From Bilabrum cf. latius (Eukaryota): a stretch of DNA of 64,000 bases. Positions 12,113 to 23,809 of the stretch are shown here, piece by piece. How positions within the stretch are numbered: the stretch's first letter is position 1; every line of letters begins with the position of its first letter. The notes beneath the pieces were generated by a model, which searched no databases, was not told the origin of the DNA, and saw nothing but the letters and a program-made list of their open reading frames with translations. The DNA is taken from NCBI GenBank assembly GCA_965178125.1, contig OZ237745.1, positions 682,001-746,000 of the forward strand, in the 5' to 3' direction. Both the position numbers and the translations under genes were made by a program.

Positions 12113-13861
12113 ATGGCAGCTGCAGATGATAGTAGCAAAGTCGAGAAAGCCGCAGACCCTTCTGTCGGTATGGTAGGGTCGAGCGCAGCCGCTGTTCCGT
12201 AGCCGTAGGCCGCTCGCGCAGGGGGAGGCGGAAAGGGGAGGAAGCGTGGTCGGCGAGGAAAGAGCAAGAAGTCTGGCACATCTGCGGCTCCTGCTCCATC
12301 AACTGCTGCCAGTGGGGATGGATCTGGTCCTTCGTCCGGTGCAGGCGAAGATTATGGGAAGGAATTGACTGGGGAGGATGACGGGACTGGAACCAGAGAT
12401 GAGAAAGCAGAGCTATTCTAGGCTATGTTTGGGAGCCGTGGAGGTGCAGACGCTCTCAAAGCAGCCGAGGATAGCTAGAAGGCACTTAAAGCTGCCGGAA
12501 AAGATGGCACTGTGTCGCTTGACACGATTAAGGCAATCGTGGAAGCAGGCAAGCGAGAAGGAGCGGGCGCCGCACCTGGTGGGGCTGCGGCTGGCGGTGC
12601 TGGCGGCGGTGCTTCGTCGGGGGCGGGCGGAATTGGCGGTGCGACTGCGTCCAAGCTTGCAGGGCTGCTCGGTGCCGCCACGGAGGGTGGCGCTGGAGAG
12701 AAGAAAGAGCACAAGTTCTGGTCTAAGCAGCCAGTTCCTCAGACCGAAGGTGATTCGAAAGAGGGTCCTTTGGACGCGCCCAAAACCGTTGACGATGTCC
12801 CGGCAGACCCGCCGAAGCTGCCTGGCGGCCTGCTGGAGTGGTGCGTGGTGGATCCCAACGACGACAAGCAGATGGACGACCTCTACAACCTGCTCGAGAT
12901 GAACTACGTGGAGGACTCGGACGCGCACTTCCGGTTTAACTACGAGAAGGATTTCCTGCGGTGGGTGCTGCAGCCGCCGAACCGCAAGGAGGACTGGCTG
13001 GTGGGCGTCCGCTCCACCAAGACGGGCAAGCTGCTCGGGTTCATCGCGGGCATCCCGGTGGAGGCCATCGTGCACGACAAGAAGATGACCATGTGCGAGA
13101 TCAACTTCCTGTGCGTCAGCAAGAAGCTCCGTGCCAAGAGGCTGGCGCCCATGCTGATCAAGGAGGTGACCCGCAGGGTGAACCGGTGCGACATCTGGCA
13201 GGCGGTCTACACCGCGGGAGTGACGCTACCTCGACCTGTGGCGACTTGCAGGTACTTCCACCGATCGCTGCAGGTGAGAAAGCTCCTGGACTGCAAGTTC
13301 ACCGGTCTGAGGCGCGGCCAGACTGTTTCGAGGATGGAGCGTCTGCATCGGCTTCCCAAGGAGCCGAGCATCCCCGGCATGAGGCCGCTCGAGGCGAAGG
13401 ACGTACCAGCGGTCACTAAGCAACTGAACGAGTACCTCAGCAAGTTCAAGCTGCGAGTGCATTTCACCGAGGAAGAGACATTGCACTGGTTGAGTCCTCG
13501 CGAGCGTGTGGTGGACGCCTTTGTGGTGGAGGATCCTGAGACCAAGGAGATCACTGGCATGACGAGCTTCTTCCACATCGCCAACACGGTGATCGGGCAT
13601 CCCAAGCACAAGGAGATCCGCGTGGCCTATCAGTACTATACGGTTCCTGGTAAGCACGGGATCAAGGCGATGATGCACGACGCTCTCATTCTCGCCAGGA
13701 ACTCTGGCTCGGACGTCTTCAACGCGCTTTCCCTCATGGACAATGCCGAGTTCTTCGAGGAACTCAAGTTTGGTGGCGGAGACGGCTCCCTAAACTACTA
13801 CTTGTACAACTGGGGCTGCAAGGGGATGGAGTCGTCGGATGTTGGTCTCATCCTCCATTGA
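12113..13861 (+). CDS. NMT: Glycylpeptide N-myristoyltransferase
   Basis: HKFWSKQPVP, NYVED, EINFLCV, LAPMLIKEVTRRVN, KFGGGDGSLNYYLYNW. The N-terminal extension from ATG12113 with a basic tract is in frame through 4 TAGs. Confidence 0.95.
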
Positions 13862-14078
13862 ACACTGGCAGGCAAGGTGCTCTGGTGCGATCATTTCATC
13901 AAATTGCCAGTGCCGTGCAAGAAAATAGTTGCATACAAATGGACGCGCGGCCAACCAAGATTTTGCATATTTTTGGCAATCAGGCAAGTCAGATTTCGCA
14001 GGGTGATTCTCACGCGTCACGCCACACACTACCGCGTCAATGCTCTTCCAAAGGTTTCAGTCGAGATATAGCACAAAG

Positions 14079-15430
14079 TCACTGACCGGTGGGACTGTAA
14101 GCACCGGCACCGCTCGTCCCACCCTACTGGCCGCCCGACGACCCATCGACGGGGCTGTAGGCACCAGCACCGGCTGTACCACCCTGCCCACCGGACGTGC
14201 CGTCCACAGGGGAGTAGGCCCCGGCCCCTGCCGTGCCCCCTTGCCCTCCCGTGGTCCCATCCACCGGACTGTACGCACCCGCACCCACGGTGGCCGTGCC
14301 TCCAGCCGTCCCATCCACCGGGCTGTACGCACCCGCGCCAGCCGACGTCGCAGCAGCGCCCGAGGTGCCGTCCACAGGCGAGTACGAAGACCCCGCCCCG
14401 GCCGCACCGGTGCCTCCCGTGGGAGACGCAGACAGCGGGCTGTACTACTGCTGGCCCGCCCCGCTCGTGCCAGCGTCAACCCCTGCGGTTGGGCTGTAGG
14501 CGTTCCCGCTGGAGGAAGAGGTGGGTGCACTGCTACCCGCGCCAACATACGGGCTAGTGGGCGAGTATGCCGGAGATGCGCCTGCACCCACACCGCTGCT
14601 TGAGGCTGCCGCACCCCCGCCGACGTAGGGGCTCGTGGGCGAATAGGCAGGGCTCGCGCCAACCTGGCCAGAGCTAGCATGCCCCGCCCCAGCGCCGCCA
14701 ACGTACGGGCTAGTGGGCGAGTAGGCGGGGCTGGTCCCCGCTCCTGCCCCACCACCGTAGCTGCCCGCACCTCCGCCGACATACGGGCTCGTAGGGGAGT
14801 ATGCCGGCGAGGTCCCAGCCGCACCGGCAGATGCCATGCCTGCGCCCCCGCCGACGTAAGGGCTCGTGGGCGAATAGGCGGGTGACGTGCCGCCACCCAC
14901 GCCAGCCGACGCCGCCCCTGCGCCGACGTAGGGGCTCGTGGGCGAATAGGCAGGGCTGGCTCCCCCGCCAACACCCGCAGAAGCTGTGCCGGCGCCGACG
15001 TAGGGGCTCGTGGGCGAGTAGGCAGGGCTTGCACCGCCACCGACTCCAGCCGAAGCCGTACCAGCGCCTACGTACGGGCTAGTGGGCGAGTACGCAGGGC
15101 TAGCGCCACCACCAACACCGGCGGATGCAGTGCCAGCATACGTACCCCCGCCAACGTACGGGCTGGTTGGCGAATAAGCGGGGCTTGCGCCACCTCCCAC
15201 GCCTGCCGACGCGGTGCCAGCCCCCACATACGGGCTAGTGGGCGAGTACACTGGGCTCTTGCCCTGGCCCGCGCCCACGGTCGCTGTGCCTCCGAACGCC
15301 ACGGACGACGTGCCGCCGTACGCAGGCGTGCTGCCTCCGTAGGCCGGGGTGCTGCCCCCGTATGCAGGACTGCTACCCCCGTGGCCTGGGCTGGCGCCGC
15401 CGTAGGCAGGACTGGCGCCGCCCATCCCCA
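14079..15430 (-). repeat. Coding repeats of the RPB1 C-terminal domain (10x ~24-aa SPAYSPTSPY units, 5x YSPVDG units, short YGGxS/TPA array)
   Basis: Read directly from the translation; about 72-nt periodicity at 14540-15250. Confidence 0.9.
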
Positions 15431-18400
15431 CCCCGGGGGTGGCCCCGCCCACGTCCGGGCTGTACGCACCCGGGCTCATCCCGGAGTTGGGTGACAGGCT
15501 GGGCGACATGCCCTGGGCCGACTGCGCATCCGGCGAGAACTCAGCGGGCGAGAACTGCGCCCCGGTCATGGCACCTGCGGCAGTCATCTAGTCCGCTGTC
15601 ATGGCGTCTGGGGTGCCGCCCAGCATTGGGGTGGCGCCGCCCTCGCCCATGCCACCCAGCATGTCCACGCCTTTCTCCATCTCGTCCACGGTGGCCACGG
15701 CGTGCTTAAGCTTAGACTCATCCAGCACCAGCTAGAAGTGCCCCGTGCCGACGGGCGCCATCTGTCCCATCATGATGTTCTCGCTGACGCCGCCCATGAG
15801 GTCCACCTCGCTGTGGGCCGCTGCCTCCATGAGGATCTCCACCGTCTCTTCGAAGGAGGCCCGCTGGAAGGGTCCGTTGTCCACGCGGTTGATTCCGTGC
15901 CTCGACACAGCGCAAAGGTATCCACGGAAGGTCATGTTGTCTACAAGCAGCGACAGGTGGCGGTAATTCACGTAGGCGCCGTCGAAGGAGATGACGCCGG
16001 TCAGCTCCCGGAACAGCTGCGCGCGGCATGCCTCGATGCCCAGCACCTCCAGAATCTCAACCACGTGGTTTGTGTGGGTGCGCGTGGCGTCGACGTCCGG
16101 GTCCCGCAGCACGTCCAGAAGATTGGTGCCATCCGTCTCGAACACAGGCTCCTTCTCGCAGATCTTGATGAGGCCGTCGTTCCTGTTCCACCCGTGCCTG
16201 TCCTCGGTCTTGTGGTACAGCTTCTCAATGTTGCGCACACCGCGGAGCTTTAGCTGGTGCAGCAGGGTGTCCTCGACCTCTTTCATGTACGTCTCATCGT
16301 CAGCTTCGGGGCCCATGTCGCCATCGTCGTCATCCACCGCGTTGCTGCCGCGGGCGGTGTCCGTGACGACGCGCAACCGGATCACTGGCTTCTCGGCCTG
16401 GTCGCTGTTGTACACAACGTGCACATCGCTGCCCAGACTGTCGATAATCTGCGAGGGTTGGGCATGATGATATGAATAGCGAGGATCAAAGTGAGGCGAA
16501 TGGAAAGCATGGCGCTCGTCTGCAGGGCACAGTACCAAACGAAGCATCAGGGTACATCGGATCAGCGCGCCGCCCCCCGAAAGGGACCGCGAGGCCGTCG
16601 CTTTGAGGCGGACGGGGCCTGAATGCACACGCCTGCCACGAACTTTACAAAATGTGGCAGGTTCCGCAACCCCTGCGAAAATGCTGTTGCATCCTCTCCG
16701 AAGCACCCTGCTGGCACTCCGTCTGGCCAGTCCAAGAGATTCCAGCCAGACAGACGCCGGACACGGACAACAAAAGAAATCCGCATGCAGCGGGTCCAAT
16801 ACACTGCAATTGATGATAACTCACCCTCTGCTTGATGTCCTCAAGGCCGATCTTGGCTCTATCCAGCTGCGCTCGGCCCAGCTCCATGCGAAGGACCCAG
16901 GGCCCCAGGGATGCGTAGTTGATCTCGCCCTCCTCAAGCAGCGCGCTGGCCTCTACCCAGTCCCTGTCCTGGGCGATCATCGAGGTCTTGGCGTCCGGAT
17001 CGTAGTACACCCTGGTTTCCTTGACGAGCTTGCTGAGCCTAGTGTACTCCAGCTTGACCTGCAGCTTCGAGTAGGCCTCCTCGTCCTTCCACAGGTGCTC
17101 CTTCACGTAGATCGTCAGCTGAGGGGTCTTGATGTTCTTGGCGATCGACATGAGCTCCGTCAGGCGGGGCACTCCCAGCGTCACGTTCTTGGTGGCGATA
17201 CCGGCGTTATGGAACGTGTTCAGGGTCATCTGCGTGGTGGGTTCTCCGATGGACTGCGCTGCCAGCACGCCGCACATGTCACCGGGGGGCGCATACGACC
17301 TGCTGAACTTGTTCTCGATGTCACCGATGACGTTGCGCAGCACGACCTCGGTCATACGGTGGGTCCGGATGACCCTCTTGCTTGCCAGCTCCGAGCGCAG
17401 CAGGCACTTGAACAGGCGCGTGGCATTCGTGTTTGCCTCCCTCGAGATCTGGTCCTCGCCCCGCACCACCACGAGGCGGTCGCACATCTCCTGCACCAGG
17501 ACGATCACCTGGTCAGGGCGCAGGTCGGACACGCCGCGCACCGTGTCGATGGAACTGCCACGGATGTGGGTTCGGATGAGCCTAGCTAGGTTGACGGGCA
17601 GGTTGAGCGCGTTCTTGCTGATCTTGTTGGCCTGGATGAGGGCACCTGCGATCACCTCGCGGTCTTCCTGCAGCACCTCGAACTCCTCGTCGATCAGGCG
17701 CTGCACAGACGGGTCCGTGCGGATCGTCTGGACGGCCTCGTCCGTCATGTACTTGACGATCTGGTCCCCGCCCGCGCTGGCCTCTCCCAGTTTATCGTCG
17801 TCCAAGTCCCACGAGAACTTTTTGCGGAGCTCTTCCGCAGTGAGGTTGTACGTCGCGAAGGCCTGCTCCTCGATCCAGCGGCCGTCCATGCCATCCTCGC
17901 CGTACAGGAACTGCACCACCTCGTTCATCGAGTTGCGTACGGTCCCGTCGTACCTCACAGTGAGATCCTCCATGCTCTTGACCAGCTTGCGCTGGATGTA
18001 CCCGGTGCTCGCAGTCTTCACGGCCGTGTCGATGAGACCCTCCCTCCCTGACATCATGTGAAAAAAGAACTCGTAAGGGGTCAGGCCCTTGAGGTACGAG
18101 TTCTCCACGAAGCCGCGGGAGGCAGCGCCCTGGTCGCTCTTCTGAAAGTGGGGAAGCGTGCGGTCCTGAAACCCGAACCGAACTCGCTGCCCGACAACGT
18201 TCTGCTGTCCCACGCACGACACGATCTGGGCAATGTTGTTGATGGAACCCTTGCTTCCGGCAAGCATCATTGCCACGATGCTGTTGTTCATCTCGTTGTA
18301 GGACGCCTCGACCAGCTTACCGGTCACATCGCGAGCACCACCGAGCGCGGTGTTTACGACGTGCTCGAAACTCTCGTACATGCTCTTGCCGGGCATCTGC

Positions 18401-20688
18401 TTGAGCTGCCCCTCCTGGGCGCGCACGACCAGGTCCCTGACTTTCTGCTTGGCCGCCTCGATCTCATCGGCGATCTTTCGCATGGTCTCCGGCTTGCCTT
18501 CCATGTCGGCCTCGCCCACGGTGAAGCCCCGGTTTGTTAGCCAGGCGTTCACGCATCGCTGGATCTGATTGAGGAAATCGCGCGCAGCAGCGGCTCCCGC
18601 ATCGTTGCAGATGATGTGGACGATGCTGCTGGACTTGGTCCCCAGCAGCCCCTTGTCCAAAATGCCGGCGAGGAGCTCGCCACGATCCACGATGACCCTG
18701 CGGTCGTCCGGGTACAGGTCGAGCAGCGTGGCTTTGGATGCCTTGGAGGACTTCTTCTCCAGATGAATGTCTGGCATCATCAACGAGATGATCTGCTTGC
18801 CCGTCCAGAGCGCCTTGTACTGCCCAGGCGCCGCCTTGTTTGGCACCATGATGGCAGGCTTAGGGATGCGGCCGTTCCACGTGTACATCCACATGAGCAG
18901 GTGCATCACCATGTCTCGCTCCAGGAAGCAGTCCCTGCGCGTGAAGAAACTGGCCCCGAGCAGGGTATCCTGGATCACGCCCATCACGGGGCGGTTGTTC
19001 TGCGAGGACACGATCAGCTGAGGCACGGCCATCATGGTGGCCGCCTCGGCGATGGCGGGGAGCGTCTGCAGCGCGTGCATGTTCATCTCGTCCCCGTCGA
19101 AATCCGCGTTGTACGGCGTGGTGCACACGAGGTTGAGGCGGAAGGTGCTGTAGTCCAGCACCTTCACCCTGTGGCACATGATGCTCATCTTGTGCAGGGA
19201 GGGCTGCCGGTTGAACAGCACCACGTCGTCGTCCTGAAGATGCCGCTCCACGATCCAGCCGGGCTTGAGCCGCAGCTCAGCCGTGGAAGTGACGTACTGC
19301 AAATCCACCCGAGAGCCGTCCTCGCGGATGATGTACTTGGCCCCCGGGTGCTCCTCGGGCCCGTTGGCCACGAGCTGCTGCAGCTCGCCAAGGTTGTACC
19401 GAGTGACGGTCACCGGCACCGTGAGGTTGCGGGCGATGCTGCGGGGCACACCGACCTGGTGGATGGAGATGATTGGGTCTCCCGTGATGACCGACCGCGC
19501 GCTGAAATCCACGCGCTTGCCCATGAGGTTTCCGCGGACCCTTCCCGCCTTGCCCACGAGCCTCTCCCGGATGGTCTTGAGTGGCCTGCCGGTCCGCTGC
19601 TTGGCCATGGGGAACCCGGGCAGCGGGTTCTCGCACACCACCCCCACGTAGTACTGGAGTGCCCGCTCGAGCTCCTCCCTCTCCGGCTGGGACACGCCCG
19701 CCCGGATGGCCGACTCCAGCTTCGTGTTGGCCTTGATGACGTTGCCGTAGACGTGCGTGAGATCGTCGGCAGACCTGGCCCCCCCGTCCACAGCGACAGA
19801 GGGCCGGATGTGGGGAGGCCCGATGGGCAGCACGGTGAGGACCATCCACTCTGGGCGCGAGTATCTCGGGTCCAACCCGAGGCACCTGCAGTCCTCCTGA
19901 GATATGTTCCGCAAAATCTCCCTCGCTCGTCGCGGCGTCAGGGTTTGCTTCCTATCGCCCAGGCCATCCAGAGCGCCGGCGTCGCCCTGATCGTACTCCA
20001 TCTGTATGCTTAGGGTGTATCTATCGAGTCGCAGCTTTGGCTGGGTCACGCCCTTCCAGTCTTTCTTACCGCGGCAGAGGAGCATAAGCTCGTGCAGCCG
20101 CTTGCTTCCCTTCGACAGGCTCATCGCGCGTCGGAAGGCAGCCGAGTCTTTGTCAATCTTGAGCTGGCCAGTCTGAATGCAAACGCAGCACAGAATCTTG
20201 TAGGCTGTGCGGAAGAAGCCCACGTGCCACACAGGAGCGGCGAGCTGCGTTGATGTCGGACAGGAATGTGTAGTCTCGGCAAGTGCGCAATGGAACAAAG
20301 TTGAAACCGACACCATCTATACTCCCTGCTCACCTCAACGTGGCCGAAATAGCCAGGATGGTCGTTAACTCGGCCGTTTTCTCCCCTCGTGTCGGTGTCG
20401 CCCAATTCGGGGTCGTCCAGCCCACCACGGATCGGCTCCCCTTGTGGAGTATACCCAACCGGCTTTGTCACATGCACCACAGACATGCGTTTCTGCGTAC
20501 ATCAATCACTTCAATCAGCAGCTAAATTAGCCATCGTCACCGTAATGGAGGCTTCAAAGACACAAACAAACTCCAAACAGGCATGCTCCTCTTACAATCT
20601 CCTCTGGTGACAGAACCCCAAGCTAAATCCATTTTACCTCCTTCAGAGGAGCAGGACTGGGCTCGAATTGGCTCATTAAGAGGGACAT
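14079..20688 (-). CDS. RPB1: RNA polymerase II largest subunit; introns 20493-20595, 20245-20333, 16449-16824
   Basis: NLMGKRVDFSAR, NRQPSLHKMS, catalytic YNADFDGDEMN, GLIDTAVKTA, QSIGEPTTQMTLNTFH, YSPTSP-containing tail. 5 in-frame TAGs (20623, 15732, 15588, 14445, 14124). TGA at 14079-14081. Confidence 0.98.
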
Positions 20689-20877
20689 TGCGAGCCTGTA
20701 CACCTGTTGGGGCGACAAGACTGCAATGAAACCTGCATGGCGGCACAGAAGCACTAACATTACGGTATAAATTTGATTTAATTAGGATTAATGAACGTTC
20801 GACTACGGCACCATGGGCCGACAGAGCGCATCTTTCACAAGAACTGTATGATGCAGTATTTGATGCGGAGATTGCCA

Positions 20878-21920
20878 ATGTCTAGAGCAATTAAGCTATG
20901 CTCGAGACCAAGCATTAGGTCCAACATTTTGATAAGGTCGGTCTCGCCGGCGGTGCTGGCGCTTGGTGCAGGTGCTGCTATCGGCGGTTCGTTCTACTGC
21001 GAAGCGGCTGGGAGACCGCGGGTATCCCCTGCTGACGTATGTGCGACTCCAACAAAAGGTGTGGAAGTTGCTAAGCGTCTTGCTGCGCGGCGAGCGATTG
21101 ATGAGGAAGTGGAATCTGGAATGGCAGTTGGAGTTGGCAGCGGATCAACTGTCGTATACGCCGTGCAGAGACTCGCCGAACGATACTGGAGCGAGAAAGG
21201 GGGCAATCAGCTGGTGAACATCGTGTGCGTACCAACTTCATTTCAAACCAAGGTGGTAAGTGCAGCAGCGGCACGCGCATCGGGATTTCTGTGGATGTGA
21301 TAGCTCGCACTCTCTGTAGATGCCCAGGTCCAACCCCTCCAGTCAATATAGGGCATGCGTAGTTTCCATCACACGTTTTTCATGCCTGCTTATCCGGTGG
21401 CTCGCAGCTTTTGGCGGAGTGCGGTCTACCGATTGGCGATCTGAGCACTTGCCCGGAGTTGGATATTTGCGTGGACGGCGCGGATGAAGCCACCAAGGCA
21501 CTTGATTTGATCAAGGGTGGAGGGGCGTGCCAGACGCAAGAAAAGCTCGTGGCTGCTGCCTCAAAGCGCTTCGTCGTCATCGCTGACTACCGCAAGAAGA
21601 GCGAGATGCTCGGCACGGAGTGGACAACTGGGGTGCCCATCGAGGTGATTCCGGAAGGCTATGCCCCGGTCATGCAAAAAATCAAGTCCATTGGAGGAAA
21701 GCCCGTCCTTCGGATGGCCAAGAAGAAGGCGGGCCCTGTCGTCACGGACAATGGGAACTTTGTCATTGATGCTGATTTCGGGGGAATCGCAGACCCTGCC
21801 AAGCTTCAAACGGATCTTGTGACGATTCCTGGAGTTGTTGAAACAGGCTTGTTCCCCGGGATGGCCGCCCGTGCACTATTTGGAGAGAAAGATGGCAGCG
21901 TTACGGAGTGGTCCAAGTAA
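20878..21920 (+). CDS. rpiA: Ribose-5-phosphate isomerase A with N-terminal targeting-like extension; intron 21256-21407
   Basis: VGVGSGSTV, VPTSFQ, DGADE, IKGGGAC, VTDNGNFVID, IPGVVETGLF. Ends TAA. Confidence 0.95.
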
Positions 21921-22187
21921 AGCGGGTGATTCGGACCCGCACTGCACAGTTCAATGGCGCGTGCGCTGACTGACGAATACGGATAGTACTCACGTATAGA
22001 TTTTGCGATAATGTTTACAATCAAGCCCCTTGATGGTGTCAGCACGGCTCGCCTCCGAGAATCTGCCGGGCTGTGCAATTCCGGTTTGGTGCAGCGGAGG
22101 GGAGCGTCACCGCCACGCCCAGCTGATGCATCAGACAATAACTTCGAATCGACGTATTAGCTCCAGTCATACTCTGCGAGTCTGCAG

Positions 22188-23633
22188 ATGAGCGATAATT
22201 CCACTATTTTTCAACAATCAACGGAGCTGCGAGCCGCGGTGAGCGCGGGGGCCGGCCTGACCGTGCTTGCAGCAACGGTGGCGCTGGCGACGATAATTCG
22301 CACGCAAATAGCGTTAGTATCAGCAAATAGAAAGGTCAAGTGGCCGCTCGTATTCATTGTTGTATCTCAATTCGTTGTGTCTATCTTGGAGCTCACTTGG
22401 TGGGTGGTGCCCAGGCTCTTAGTATTGACCGACGCAACAGCAGAAGACGACATTGCGTTGATCGCTTCTATGGTGGTTCGCGGTACCATTGCTGCTTTGA
22501 GCTTCAACTCTGCTGCAATTATTTTGATCAATTGGCTGAGAGCATCGCGCAGCCTCGTCGTTGCTCGGCTTGGTGAGCAAGCAGCCGGACTGACGTACCT
22601 GAATGGCAACGTCGAATGGCTCGGCCTGGTGGCACCAACCGCAGCCGCGATCGTGCTGTGTCCCGCAGTCGGAATGGCCTTTAGTAGCGGAAGGGAGCGT
22701 CTACTGTGGGCTGAATCTATCATGGTCGTGTCTCGCTCGGTGCCGGCCGTGCTGGCCATCTACCTGCCAATACGGTACGGATGGACGCTGAGCTCCGTCC
22801 TACGGCAAGCAAAATCGCCCGAGCTGCAAAAAGCAGCTGCGCGGATGGACTACATAGGCCTATTTTTTATCGGTGCTGGCGTGGTTTGCCTGCCTGCCTA
22901 CGTTGTAGTCCTCTCTCTCGGAGCCATGCTTCGGCCGGGGCTGTACCTTGGCTGGCTCACGCTCGAGACGGCGGTCATGTGCTCATTTACCTGGGTCATC
23001 TTATTCGTGCTTGTATTGCCGAAGGTTATCGGGGCGTTCGCGTGCCTCACTCCGGATGTATCGAGCGAGCTGGGCGAGGGGGAAGTCACGAGCACGGCCA
23101 CCGCCACCGCCACAGATGGGGAGCGCTCCCTGGCCGGAATGGATCCCAGGCAGTCAAATGCTACAACCGTCGATGCCGCCGGGTATCTCACGGAGGACGG
23201 TCAGGGCCTCGGCGGCAAGTCCAAGAGCTTACGGATGGACAGGACGTCGAAGGAGCAAGCGGTGGGAATCGGCCATCCCTCTCGCGATCCTGTCGCACTG
23301 GATCGTCATATCTCCCAAGAGTCCATCGAAGTAAGCAGAGTATCAGAAGATGCTGCTAGGATACCTGCCAGGCTCTCGGTAGACTCTGCGGCCGGAATCC
23401 TGGATAGGTCTGCGAGCTGGCACCCAGGCAGAGCAGCGCAGGCCACCGGGCAGCCCGTGCCAACCGCGAGCTCGAGAGCACTCCCCGCAAAATCGACCGA
23501 TGCAGAGCTGCCCAGTGGTGGACGGCAGCCATTGGGGCGCAACACGCCCCAAAAACCATCCTCCATTACGATTGTGGGGCATGGTGATGGCGACTTGCCG
23601 GTGACAGCTGCGGGCAGGCAGTCTACAGCATGA
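22188..23633 (+). CDS. Multi-pass (about 7 TM) membrane protein with long cytosolic tail, possibly GPCR-like
   Basis: 481-aa ORF, about 7 hydrophobic segments in the first 285 aa, Ser/Pro-rich tail, ends TGA-TGA. Confidence 0.65.
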   Translation: MSDNSTIFQQSTELRAAVSAGAGLTVLAATVALATIIRTQIALVSANRKVKWPLVFIVVSQFVVSILELTWWVVPRLLVLTDATAEDDIALIASMVVRGTIAALSFNSAAIILINWLRASRSLVVARLGEQAAGLTYLNGNVEWLGLVAPTAAAIVLCPAVGMAFSSGRERLLWAESIMVVSRSVPAVLAIYLPIRYGWTLSSVLRQAKSPELQKAAARMDYIGLFFIGAGVVCLPAYVVVLSLGAMLRPGLYLGWLTLETAVMCSFTWVILFVLVLPKVIGAFACLTPDVSSELGEGEVTSTATATATDGERSLAGMDPRQSNATTVDAAGYLTEDGQGLGGKSKSLRMDRTSKEQAVGIGHPSRDPVALDRHISQESIEVSRVSEDAARIPARLSVDSAAGILDRSASWHPGRAAQATGQPVPTASSRALPAKSTDAELPSGGRQPLGRNTPQKPSSITIVGHGDGDLPVTAAGRQSTA

Positions 23634-23809
23634 TGAGCTGATCATCCAGGCAGCTAGGGCTGCTGTGGGCGTACAATGATAGCCATGCGTGATTCATCTT
23701 CTTGAATGTGTATAGATCTAGTATACCTGATCCGAATTGCGCTGCCGCGGACCCCTGTGGAATGATTCTTTCTCTTTCTCGTTTCCCAACTCGCATCTCA
23801 TTTTGGAGC

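Noticed and set aside
14079-15430. Spaced repeats as a CRISPR array
   Set aside because: They are the RPB1 CTD, with synonymous third-position variation and in-frame spacers.
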